Assembly: GCA_951406725.2 (NCBI GenBank)
Contig: OX597832.1
Location: forward strand, 2,604,001-2,668,000
Reading direction: 5' to 3'
Origin: Octopus vulgaris
Taxonomy: Eukaryota
Length of the DNA stretch: 64,000 nucleotides
Shown here: in pieces, positions 1 to 13,338 of the stretch
Layout of the letters: the number at the start of each line of letters is the position of its first letter
How positions within the stretch are numbered: the first letter of the stretch is position 1
Notes under the pieces: generated by a model
Seen by the model: only the letters and a program-made list of their open reading frames with translations
The model's database searches: none
What the model was told of the DNA's origin: nothing
Position numbers and translations under genes: made by a program

Positions 1-170
1 TGTATATATATATGTGTATATATATATGTGTATATATATATGTGTATATATATATGTGTATATATATATGTGTATATATATATGTGTATATATATATGTG
101 TATATATATATATATATGTGTATATATATATATGTGTATATATATATGTGTATATATATATGTGTATATA

Positions 171-226
<56 letters not shown>

Positions 227-231
227 ATATG

Positions 232-316
<85 letters not shown>

Positions 317-585
317 GTGTATGCATATATGTGTGTGTATATATGTGTATGCATATATATGTGTGTATATATGTGTATGCATATATGTGTGTGCATATGT
401 GTGTACATATATGTGTGTACATATATGTGTATACATATATATGTATATATATATGTGTATATATATATGTGTATATATATATGTGTATATATATATATGT
501 ATATATGTATATGTATGTATGTATATATGTATGTGTATATGTATGTATGTATATATGTATATATATATATGTATATGTATATATG

Positions 586-618
<33 letters not shown>

Positions 619-667
619 GTATGTATATATATATGTATATATATGTATATATATATATGTATATATA
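1..667. repeat. Compound (TA)n/(TG)n microsatellite
   Basis: Almost entirely TA/TG/CA dinucleotide variants; explains the spurious Y/I/C/V/M ORFs. Confidence 0.97.
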
Positions 668-765
668 TCATCATCATTGTTTAAGGTCCGTTTTCCATGC
701 TAGCATGGGTTGGACGGTTCGACCGGGGTCTGGGAAGCCAGAAGGCTGCACCAGGCTCCAGTCTG

Positions 766-767
<2 letters not shown>
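668..767 (-). mobile_element. RTE LINE 3' tail fragment
   Basis: (CAT)n followed by ccatgctagcatgggttggacggttcg; reverse complement of the 3' end of the RTE copy at 24194-25715. Confidence 0.85.
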
Positions 768-796
<29 letters not shown>

Positions 797-798
797 TA

Positions 799-1543
799 GG
801 CCTGACCAGCAACCGGGACCTTTGGAAATATGCTGTACGTGAGAAGACCAGGCAGGACAAGTGAGCCCAGCCCACTTATGAATGCCTTTCCTCCCTTGGA
901 CACAAAGACCTGTTGAGGCAAACGAAGTCGATATAGAACCTCATCCGACGACAGGCACCCATGCCAACCCCCTTTGCTTGCGAAGACATGTTGGGGCAAG
1001 CGAAATCAAAATCGAATTGAACCAGCCAGGATCCCTGGTCTGGTGGTATGTAAAAAGCACTATCCGACTTGTAGCCGATGCCAGCGCCGCCTCCACTGGC
1101 TTCCGTGCCGGTGGCACGTAAAATACACCAATCTGACCGTACGACAGGCACCCATGCTTGCGAAGACATGTTGGAGCAAGCGAAAGCGAAATCGAATTGA
1201 ACCAGCCAGGATCCCTGGTCTGGTGGTACGTAAAAAGCACTATCCGACTCGTGGCCGATGCCAGCGCCGCCTCGACTGGCTTCCGTGCCGGTGGCACATA
1301 AAATACACCAATCCGACCGTGGCCGTTGCCAGCCTCGCCTGGCACCTGTGCAGGTGGCACGTAAAAAGCACCCACTACACTCACGGAGTGGTTGGCGTTA
1401 GGAAGGGCATCCAGCTGTAGAAACATTGCCAGATAAGACTGGAGCCTGGTGCAGCCTTCTGGCTTCCCAGATCCCCGGTCGAACCGTCCAACCCATGCTA
1501 GCATGGAGAACAGACGTTAAACGATGATGATGATGATGATGAT
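799..1543 (+). mobile_element. 5'-truncated RTE LINE (ORF end plus 3' UTR with an internal ~190-bp duplication)
   Basis: Encodes ...[16 protein letters not shown] as in ORF 24729-25130; acgacaggcacccatgc starts at ~948 and again at 1141; (GAT)n tail. Confidence 0.9.
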
Positions 1544-1570
1544 ATATGTATATATATATATGTATATGTA

Positions 1571-1640
<70 letters not shown>

Positions 1641-2574
1641 TATACAGATAGATGATTCAAAGGAGGCAGACAGAAAGAAAAGCACGAGTCATTCATGGCC
1701 TTTCGTCAGTCAAATTACCAGATGTCCTTACAGTTCTGGGCAGTTACACTTGAGAATGTTTGATCTAGTTTCCCTCAAAAAAGGTCTAAGCTAAGGGCAT
1801 TAAATTTTTTTGTAAGAAAGCTAGTAAATGTGTGCAACAACAAAGACAAAAAAACCCCAGAGAACATGGTACACAATTACAAATACAAACAACAAGAATA
1901 TAACAACAGGTGACTTTCGACTGAGGACGAATCAAACTGAGCTGGTGTGTATAAAGTGAAAGCTTAAAGGCAGGAACGTAGGAGATGGACATAAGAGGAG
2001 TTGGCGGTCAACAGTCAGGCCTAGAAAAAAAGATCGTGGCTGGCCGAACACTGGAAGGAAGAGAGAGGTGTAGTGGGCAGCAGGATTGAAGGATTAGAAA
2101 AAATCAAAGACACAAAGGGAAAGGTAGAGGGGAGATAAACAAGGAGGAAAAAGGGGGAGCAAGAAAAAGAAAAGAGGAAGAAAGTATGAGCATGGCCATG
2201 GTTCAGTGACTGAAACAAGCTAAGAGAGATAAGATGTGTTCCAGTAGTTTGCAGTACAGACTTCAATTCTTCTCCATGAAAAATGTTATCTCAGAAAAAC
2301 TAGTGTTCTATCCAAGAGGAAGTTTATCTCTTAATGGTACAGAAACCAAAGATAAACATTGTTCTAATGGATCATGGAGAAATATAGTATTGATAATATC
2401 TATGAGCAGATATTTTGATGGTATCTCACTTCAGGTCAATTAGAATATGAAAACTGAATTATAAAACCAGTATTATATTACAGTTATTAAAATTTAACAA
2501 CTGTTATTCAAACGTTTTACAATATACTTTTATGTATAAAAATTTGTACCATGAATATTTTGTTACTTTTTCAG

Positions 2575-2745
2575 AACAGTTAGTGTACTAGGAGCTGGTC
2601 TCATGGGAGCTGGTATTTGTCAAGTGAGTATTGATAAGGGTTTTAATGTTTTGATGAAGGACATGTCTGAAACTGGCCTTTCCCGAGGTATTGAACAAAT
2701 ACAAAAAGGATTACAAACTTCTGTGAAAAAGAAAAAAATCAGCAG
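2575..2745 (+). CDS. HADHA: HADHA exon (NAD-binding GAGLMG)
   Basis: tcag|A ACA GTT...ATC AGC AG|gtatat; [22 protein letters not shown]. Confidence 0.95.
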
Positions 2746-5700
2746 GTATATCAGTTTTTAATATTATTAACAATTGTAATGGCTTTAATAAATGTTGTAG
2801 AGACTTTACTGTCATGGTTCACTGATCAAAACTAAATTTAACATAATCTTTAATCTTTGGTCTTAATAAAATAAGTATTAATAATGTAATTTAAGTAGTT
2901 TAATTAGGGAAGATTAATTATTAATCACTAGTTTTATTGCTTTATTTTTAAAATTTAAGTGCTGTCTTAGATAATCACTTAGTAATCCTGTCAGCTCAAA
3001 TATTTAAAAGTGATATTATAAGATTGCTGGCTTGCTTGTATAACAGCTAAACCATGACACTCATCTGACTTTGTCTTCATTTAATATAGCTAAGTCAAGA
3101 GAGCTCAGCAGACCCATTTCTAGATAATCTAGTCTCATGAGCAGATTTGCACAACACCACAAATTATACTGTTCTAAAGCAGTCTCTCTTAGTCGCTCAC
3201 CACTAATCCCTCTGACTTGAGTTAAAGCAATGTCATTGCTCTAGACATCAGCAAAGCCTTCAACTATGTCTGGCATGCAAATCTTTGACAGCATCTTTGA
3301 CCTATGGACTCCACCTATCTCTTATATATTGGTTCAGTAGCTTCCTATCTGATAGCAACATGTGTGGAAGGAGCTCTTTCTGCCCCACTCATAATCAATT
3401 CAGTGTTCGTTTCACACTTTCATTCTTTTTCTTCTATAAACCAGTGATTACAGACTGTCATATCCAACAGCACATGCTTTTATGCACTAACTTTTCCCAG
3501 CTATGCATTATCCACATGCAACCTAGATACTGCATACCTAACCTGCATTTATTCCATAAGCAGACTTTGAGAGCATCCTCCAGTAGAACTATGCCAACCT
3601 TTTCTCTTTTAACAATAAAACAACTAAAGAAAATATCACTATTCTGCACCTCTTTCTCAATATGAGCAACACTCAGCTAGATCCCTTACATCTCCTCAAA
3701 CATTGAGCTTCACTATAAACAGAAAGTTTTCCTTGGTAAAGAAAACACTCAGCATAGTTAGAATGCTGCTTCAGCTGTATATGGTCAGAAAATAGTGTAA
3801 CCCCTAACAGCTGCTGACTTTCTACCAAGCTCAAATGAGGCCCACAATAGAGTACTGCTCCCACATCTGCAACAATACTGCTGCTGCTACTGCTATGCAC
3901 ACTGACATCCTGGGTCATGTCCAGAAAAGGTCACTTGACTGATTAGTGTTCACTTATTAATAGACATGCAGCAACACCAGGCTACAGACATGCTGTCATT
4001 TCTATAAAGTTGGCTGATTTCATACTTCCACCACCCAGGCATCCCTGACCTACTTGCTCTTCACCTCTCATCACCACCTAGCCTCACACTAACCACTGTG
4101 CTCAGTCTGTCTTCCCCCAGAATATCAACCCTCTGGAATCTGCTTGCTCATGCCTTTTCTACTGATTTACATGGAACTCCTTTAAAGTCTGCAAATAAAA
4201 TTTTTTTTTTTTAAATCAGTACCCCAACATGGCCACAACCTTAGAGCTGAAACATGTAAAAGAGTATGGTTCCTACTACTCTGAACTAACAGCCTAGATA
4301 ACATTACTAGTCAACATGCAAGCTTCCCTTCCTCTTACCATCACTGCTGGGTCTCACCCACCAAACCCTGCGCTAAATACTTTAATCAAACATTTACCGT
4401 AACAAAAACGGACTTGAAGACCTCTAGAAATCACTCTCTGCTGAATTGCATTAAAGATGCAGAATGTGTTAGATAGCATATACAACAGATGCAAGGTGTT
4501 AGCTGACACATGCAGAGATGCAAGTCATGTTGGATAGCATAATTACAGACAGAAGTGAGTGGGAGTGGCACATAATGTAGAAAATATGATAGATGAAACA
4601 GGTGGAAGGTATTGTTGGCAGACAGAATGGGTGGTACTTAAAGCAAAATATAACAATGTAAACTTGAAATGTAATGAATTACTTTGAGTATTAAACAAAA
4701 AGTAATTTTCATTTTCACACATTCAGTTTAGAATCTGAGAAAATGATATCAAATCTTGATGCAACCCTGTCCTATGGCAACTTTAAACATGTTGATATGG
4801 TGATTGAGGCTGTATTTGAAGATCTCAACATCAAACATAAAGTTATCCAAGAGACTGAAAAAGTAAATGACTCTTTTTAAAATTTTCTGTTGGTTAAAAA
4901 ATTTTGTTCCTCCTCTCTCTCTCTCTCTCTTTATCTCCATTTCTCTCTCTCAGCTCATTCTGCTTTTGGTTCCTTTTCAAATCTCTTGTCTCTCTTACAA
5001 CTTTCATTCACTCCAGTTGATTATATGCAAAGTAGTTAGTGAGTTCCTAAAAGATTTAATTTTAGAGTGGGGCATTGGAACAAGTATTTTGTGTGAAGGT
5101 TTGCCTGAAGGCAGAGAGCTCTTGTTGACGTCCAGTTAATTATACAAGTATTACTGCTCAATAAATCAGTGTAAACTCCAGATCCTGAAATCCACTGGAC
5201 CAATGAAAAGAAAGAAAAAGCTACCCAGAGACCTAGACCTCAGGCTGACGCTGACATTGGATTCGATTATGAAAAGCTATAGAAAAAAAAACGGACTGGC
5301 TTTTTGAGCAGAATATTTGCTATAGCCCATCATTTATATGAAGATAAACATGTACATGATAACATTTCCAAGCAGAAGCCATGAGAGCCACAACCTGGCA
5401 CTGCATCTTTTTCTTTTTGCCTGTTGTAAACTTGAAAATTGAAGACACGATTAGCAATTTTGAATTTCTATGTATCACTTTTCATTTTGAACTTGACAAA
5501 GACAGGCAAACTGTCAAAATGTCGTTCAATCAATAAAACATCTATTGCAATCACCTCACACTCTTTGTATTGTCTATTTACCTTTGTGAGGAGTTATATC
5601 AGTCCTTTTAATATAATATTATGTATTATTATTGTCAGCGGCAGTGGCATGGAGTAGGAGGAGGAGAAAATTATTGCCTAGATCAATCTTAGTGGCATAA

Positions 5701-8175
5701 ATAATATCATGATGCAGTTAAACTGAACAATAAAAAAATTATGTCCTATAATCAACAGACATGTTTGTCTAATTTCAGGCAAAATCAAAGTCATCAATGC
5801 CCCCATTGCGACTTCATAGCAAAATCCATACCTGAACTCATCATCCTTATGATACTTGTAATAAATGTAAACTCATGTAAAATATTTTAACATTGTAACC
5901 CTGCTAAGTATGAAGGAGCATCAGAGCAGATAACGGTTTAGCTGATGAGAATAACCATATGATATTAGTAATTATGACTAAATAAGAAAGAAAAGGATTC
6001 TATTATTATGAAAAAAACAGTGTTTTAACATGATTGAAAAGTGATGAACAAGTTGTTATGCAATTGACATCACTTCTGTCCCCTCAAAATAATGATCAGA
6101 AAATCTGTTTTTAAAATTTAGATTTTATTTTCTATGAAAATAATTGGTTTGTTTTTTGTTTTAATTGGATTTACTGATAGAATTGTTAAATTTGGTGACT
6201 ATTATAGTATTTTGAGCAGCTGTAATCTGTGAACCCCACTCATTACAGATTAACTGTTATAAAACTTGTGGTAATAAATTATTATGAATATAACTGACAT
6301 AAACTTGAAAGGGTTAATGGTAATTATTCAAGATTTTATAGTAACTGCTTCAACTTTCTTTATAATATTAATTGTGATGTTTATATACTAACATAACATG
6401 GCATTCCTGTAAAGGACGATGTTACTGTTGTTTTAGCCCCGGGAAAACATCTTTTCCAGCTGGCCAACAACACACAACCTGTGTCTGTATATAGCATTTG
6501 CAAAGGAGGTCATCGTTCCCATCTGTAGCCTTATGTGATACTCAGGTTTCTGGATGTTACATCCAGACCTAGGTTTCTGGATGTTATCTGTCCTCAGTGT
6601 GAGACAATCACCAGCTAGTGACGAAACTCCCTTGCAAATGCTAAATATGGACACAGCCTGTGTGTCATTAGCCAGCTGGAAAAGATGTTTTCCTGATTCT
6701 AAAACAACAGTAACATCGTCCTTTACAGGACTGCCATGTTATGTTGGCATATAAACATTACTATCTAGTACTGTTACTGTATTCCTCTCGCTCAGAGATT
6801 TAAAAAATATTAATTGTATTTTGTATTTTATCCTTTATTTATAATTATTTTTATTTCATGCTTTAGTTATAATTATGTCAATTTATTTTTTAAAATATTT
6901 TTCAGTATATCCCAGAACATTGTGTTTTTGCAACCAATACATCTGCTCTCCCTATTGCACAGATTGCAAAAGCAAGCAAAAGGCCTGAAATGGTATGTGG
7001 TGCTTTATTTTCTTTGAATAGAGGAAGGGGGAAAGTATATGAAAAGTAAGATTTAATTCATTGAAAGAACTGTAAATTGTTACAAAGCTGTTCTTTAGGA
7101 AAAGACATGAAATCTTGATCAAATATTTGGTTGTTAATTTTCTGTTCAGAGTTTGGTAAAAATTATTAGATCACATAAATATGGAGCTGCTTGTTGTGAA
7201 CAAAAAAAAAATACTACAAATATCAGGAGTTGAGATTCTGGTGAGGTAGACTATTATATGAAATTCTTTTTTTTGCTAGATTATGTTGGCAATATAGAGT
7301 AGACTCTTTCATAAGTATTGTTTTCAGAGTGACATACGATGATAGATACAACATTGTTTTGCACATTAAAAGCTATGTTTATTATCTTGTGTTATGAGCT
7401 GGGGGACATACTTCATTCATATTCAAATATGTTTATCATTTTTACATGCAATCAAAACAAATCAAAATAGATGAACATCAATGGAATTTGTATCTTTGTG
7501 GTACCAGTGCCGGTGGCACACAAGAAAACCATCCGAACGTGGCCGTAGCCAGTACCGCATCGACTGGCCTCCGTGCTGTGGGCACGTAACAAACACCATC
7601 CGATCGTGGCCGTTCGCCAGCCTCATCTGGCACCTGTGTCGGTGGCACATAAAAACACCATCCGAGCGTGGTCATTCGCCAGCCTCGTCTGGCACCTGTG
7701 TTGGTGGCACATAAAATCACCCACTACACTCTCGGAGTGGTTGGCGTTAGGAAGGGCATCCAGCTGTAGAAACACTGCCAGATGTGACTGGCCTGGTGCA
7801 GCCTTCGGGCTCCCCAGACCCCAGTTGAACTGTCCAACCCATGCTAGCATGGAAAGCGGACGTTAAATGATGATGATGATGATGATTTACTTTAAAATAA
7901 TGCAACTTTTTATCTCATGGTGTATAATAGAATTATACTAATTTTGAATTCAGTATAATCCTCAAAGGAGACTAAGAATGTTCACAATAGATAATATAAT
8001 ATGCTGTGTAGAGGGATGAATAATTACTCTCTGTAATTATATTTTATTTAAAAGGTAATTGGAATGCACTACTTCTCACCTGTTGATAAGATGCAGCTTT
8101 TGGAGATCATTACACATGAAGGAACCTGCAATGAAGCAATAGGTAAATGAGGTTTGTTTCTAATAGTAAGAGAGT

Positions 8176-8217
<42 letters not shown>

Positions 8218-11200
8218 CGGTTTTGGATTTGGTTTGCAAGATTCTTTGTGATTCGTGTGTTGAAGCATATTCTGTTGTGTCTGGGGAGAGTCATTCTCCT
8301 TTGGTGCCTTATAATTTAACACACTCACCTTAAAATTTCCACTTATTTCTTTTTTATTTGTCTAAAATTTTCGTTGCGTCTTGCAACCTTTTCATTAGTT
8401 TTGTCTCTGTCCATTATTTACACTGCGTTTCTTTTTGTTTGTTTGTGCGCATGTGTGTGGATCAGTGTGTGTGCCTATACATGCATGCATTTATATATGT
8501 ATGCATGTGTGTGTGTGTGCATATGTATATATTTATTTATGTATGTACATTTGTATGTATGTATTCTGCATATTCATGTTTTGCATGTCTGTGTTTGTGT
8601 TTTTATGTATGTGTGTGTGTTTGTATATATGTGTGTATCTACCTCTGTTTCCTTGTGTGTGCATATCTGAGTGTGTGTTTTGCAACTATGTACTGTGTTT
8701 GTATGGATGTGTATCTCCATATGTGTGGACGTGTGTCTCCATATGTGTTTTTGTGTGAAGTAAAGTGTGTGTGTGTGTATATGGTCATATGTTTCAGTCT
8801 TCATTTGCATATGTGTGCTTGTCTGTTCATATAACCTAAGTACCTAACCGTCTGTATGTTGATCTGTTTACTTTCATATCCATATGCTTACATACATGTG
8901 CATATACATATATATATATATACACCCTCATACATACATACATCTATCTACTACATAACAGCCCACTAACTATTCTACTCTACCTGTGTAAACTGTGGGT
9001 TTAGGGGTATGATATCTACTATGTATATTTCCTATTTAGTATTGGGGAAGTTTCATTTATAAGGACGTACTCCCGTCTTTGTCTGAGTGTTGGGTCCTTT
9101 GGGTGCTTGATAAGATGCGAATGTCAAGTTGACCCAGGGTGCTTTCATGTTGGTAGAGTATGGAGGACTGTTTTTTTGCTATCATATTGTCTCAAATGTT
9201 CATTTAGTTGTTCCGCAATGCTCCTAGATGTCTCCCTTATGTGTGTCATGTTCATGTCTTTACAAGCACCTTCTATGCATCTTATGCTGTAAACTACATT
9301 TCTAGTTATACAGTTAATGCCAGGGCTAACCCTACATGCCATGCAGTTATCATTGATGCATTTTAGTATTCTCAAAGGGGTATGTCCTACATAGTTGTGT
9401 CTGACGGAGTTCCCTGGCCCCTATTGCATGTGCAATCATTTCTTTCACCTGATTGTTGTTCTCAGGATTTTGGGTGGGTGCAGTCCAGCCACTCCAGTGC
9501 TCTGTGGTGCTTTTTTTCACTGCTGAGGTGATGGTGAGTAGTCTTCCCCTCTGTGACCTGGTGGGGCAGAATCTACTGAGGTCACGGTCATCTAATTAGT
9601 CACTGTCGTAGCTTAGTCTGAGGAGGAGGCCCAGTTCCCTTGTGTTGACCTTACGGAACTCCACTTCACTCTCACAGATTACCTGAATGCATTTCTCTAC
9701 AACAATAACAACAATAGGTACAACACAAGCATTACCACCACCACCAGCAACAACAACAACAACAAAGCCAGTAACTATAACAACAACCACGACGATAATA
9801 ATACTCTACACTCTGTCTTCTATAACCTTAACTACAAATCTTATGACATGACAAGGATCTACCCCACAAACTTCCCCTTTAACAAAAGGGTATGTATCCC
9901 ACCCCAAATTGACAGTGAAACAGAAGCAAAGATCTCCTTAGCTAGAAATAAACACCAACATATCTTAGACCGATACAACAAATCCACTAAAAAACATAGT
10001 GAGGAGGGGACCCATCAACTCAGTCCATCTGTTGACAAAGGCCTACAAAAACTGAAATAGCGAATTAGGAACAGAGAATTAGTGCGCCTCCCTACGGACA
10101 AGTCTGGCAGACTGTCAATAGATAGCTCACAGAACTATGTCCAAACCATGCAACAACACAACAGTAGCATGAGAGAAGTTGCACCACAGGAACATGAAAG
10201 AGTGGAAAAAACCCTCAATGCACACATGGGAATGTGGTGCAACATACTCCAATCTATGAAAAGGACAGCATACAATTTCCAGGCATCCAACGATGATGTT
10301 CCTACACTATACAGGTTACGCAAAGACCACAAACCCTACATAAACCCTATCATGGGACCCCCAGCCAGACCAGTTTGTGGAGCGAACATCTCCAGCAACT
10401 ATAGACTGGTTTACTTCCTCTCACAGGTATTACGACCTCTCATAGAGACGTCTCCAGATGTCTGTGTGACATGGGATCTCCTCAGTAAAATCAGTACTTG
10501 CAACCACTCCAACGACCTCACAGGTTGTGTAGTGGGTAGTATGGATGTGGTTTCACTCTACCCATCTATAGACATAGATTTTGCTGTGGAGAAATGCATT
10601 CAGGTAATCTGTGAGAGTGAAGTAGAGGGAACTGGGCCTCCTCCTCAGACTAAGCTACGACAGTGACTATTTAGATGACCATGATCTCAGTAAATTCTTC
10701 CCCACCAGGTCACAGAGGAGAAGACCACCAACTTCAGCAGTGAAAAAAAGCACTACAGAGCCCTGGAGTGGCTGGACCACACCCACCCAAAACCCTGAGA
10801 ACAACAATCAGGTGAAAGAAATGATTGCACATGCAATAGGGGCTAGTGTAAAAACCGCCTTGAAGAACCACATGGTAAAGTTTAATAAAAAAAACTATAC
10901 ATGCAGGTTCAAGGTGCAGCCATCAGTGTCGGTGTAGCTGGAGATGTGGCCAGCCTCTTCAAGACCTGGTGGGACAGAAAACCTTTTACACTTTCGATCA
11001 GCTGTCAGAAGATGTGGCACTCACTGAGCCAAGTTCATTGTGCAGAATATTCTCGACTCTTTCATGGGATATGCTAATAGCAGTGGCTATTTGATTTATA
11101 GTCAATTGCGTGTCATCCATCACCATGTGGTGAACTTGATCAATGCTTTCCTCAGTGGTAGCAGTTGCAGGATGTCCTAAATTCAGCTGCCCACTTTTGC

Positions 11201-11442
11201 ACTGTTAGTAATGTTGCAGCATCATCCCCTAATGTAACAATCATATCAGCACGAATGTCATTAGGGACAAAAACCTTTTTCTTTAGGTACTTGATAACAC
11301 TACAATGCCAAATTTTGTCCATTTTCAAGAGAAGTCTCACTACTGGTTTCTTTTGAAGTCTTCTTTGAACAGTCAGATGTCAGTTTACTTGGAAAGAAAC
11401 AATACATAGTCAGCATATGAACTTTTCAGCCCACTCTCATTC

Positions 11443-11473
<31 letters not shown>

Positions 11474-13304
11474 AACAGTCACATATACTCTGCTTATCCC
11501 CTAGTTAGGTTTGCTTACTTTCAGTTCCCTCTTGATTTTATGTGGAAAGAACATAACTTCTATCTTTGTAATTTTTAGTTTCACCACTACAGCCACACAT
11601 TAAATAATGTTATCTATTTCTGAGATATTGCTTATAAATAGGATTCCTCTGCTCATCTATCAATCCTTAAATATAAAGTATACATTGAAATTGTGTCGAT
11701 CATCTCATTCTCTATCTGGTATTATTATTCTTAAAGGTAAGAAATATTAGCTAATTTGTACTATGTAATTAATTCTTTAAAATATCTCGGTTGCATAATG
11801 GTAATTTATGCCTTTATAAAAAAAGAACTTAAAAAGCATTATTATGTATTTTAGCACGTGCTGTCAGTGTGGGATTGAAACAAGGCAAACTTGTGATTAC
11901 AGTAAAAGATGGACCTGGTTTTTATACAACCCGTATCCTAGCACCAATGCTTGCTGAGTGTGTACGTCTCTTACAGGTAATTTCTTCATTTTAGATTGAC
12001 CATTAACTGTCATTGTTTTAAACTAGTAGCATAGTAATACATGAAATTATTATTATTACATATAACCTTAAGAGCCCTCCAGTTCCTCTATTAGATATAG
12101 GAAATATATGAATAATAAGCCAAGAAAATACTTACCTACATTGCCTTATGAGTAAATATCATGTGCAACACACACACACATTCACACCAAACATTCTTAT
12201 ATATGACGAGTAACAAAATCTAGGCTGTATGTCCTAGCAAACCAACTCTGTGAACAAAGTACAGTTTCTGGTTGTTATAATCTTCATCAATCCTTCTCTG
12301 CAATCAATAGAGACTAATCACTTAGTAATGTATAACTAATTATTAAATGTCAAGCAAACATCTTTATTTTTTGCATGTTGTTCCCTTACTTGTATACAAT
12401 TTTGAACCATATATGAAGTGACATCAAAATGTTCCCAAACTAGTTCTGTAGCACACCAACAGATGGCAGCATACAGTTGCATGCACAGTGAGAGCTAGCA
12501 GTGACCTTCATCACGCAGTGTGCTGAGTGACATTGCTGTGTTTACTTCTCAAGTTGTGGAATTTGTGCTTTTATGATCACATCTATGCTGTAGTCTGCTA
12601 ATTTTGTCATGGTCAGAAACAAAGAGCCAATGTGAAATTTTGTGCTGAAATTTGGAAGTCTGCTACAGAGACATTGAGCATGTTTTGGTAAGCTTGCAGT
12701 GATGAGGCAATAGGTTGTACGCAATGTTTCAAGTGGTGTGAGTGCTTCAAAAGCCGAAGAACGTCTCTGGAACACCTGCCATAAGCGTTGTACCTGGTAA
12801 TGTGGTATTGTGCATCAAGAATTTGTCCCCCAGGGCCAGGCCATCAATTGAGAGTTCTATTGCAATGTTTGGAAGCATTTGAGAGAGGACATTCAGTGAA
12901 AGCGACTGGATCTGTGGAGTGTGAAGAATTGGATTCTTCACAACAATGCACCCTGTCACCGAGCTCTCCTCACTCGTAAGTTTCTCACCAAAAACAACAT
13001 GGTACAGCTTCTGTGTCCGCCTTATTCACCAGATTTAGCACTTGTGGACTTCCATCACCTCCTCAAGCTGAAAATGCAACTCAGAGGTTGCTGTTTTAAC
13101 ACCATTTCCAAGATCCAGAGAGAATCACAGGAGCTCCTTGACTCATTTACAGAAAACTACTTCCAGGCTGGATTCCAAAAGAATACTGGGACTGTGTATT
13201 GCTGCACAAGGTGACTGTTTTAAAAGAGTTGATGTTAAAACTTAGGTAAATAAGTTTTTTTTTTATTAAACATAACTAGCTGGCGAACTTTTTGATACCA
13301 CCTC

Positions 13305-13338
<34 letters not shown>

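Noticed and set aside
12-842. ORFs of 218-276 aa at the window start
   Set aside because: Translations of a TA/TG microsatellite that simply lacks stop codons; the same applies to 8358-8834, 26806-27135 and 49335-49523
876-1685. Overlapping ORFs with repeated peptides (FYVPPARK...)
   Set aside because: They derive from the non-coding RTE 3' UTR and its internal duplications
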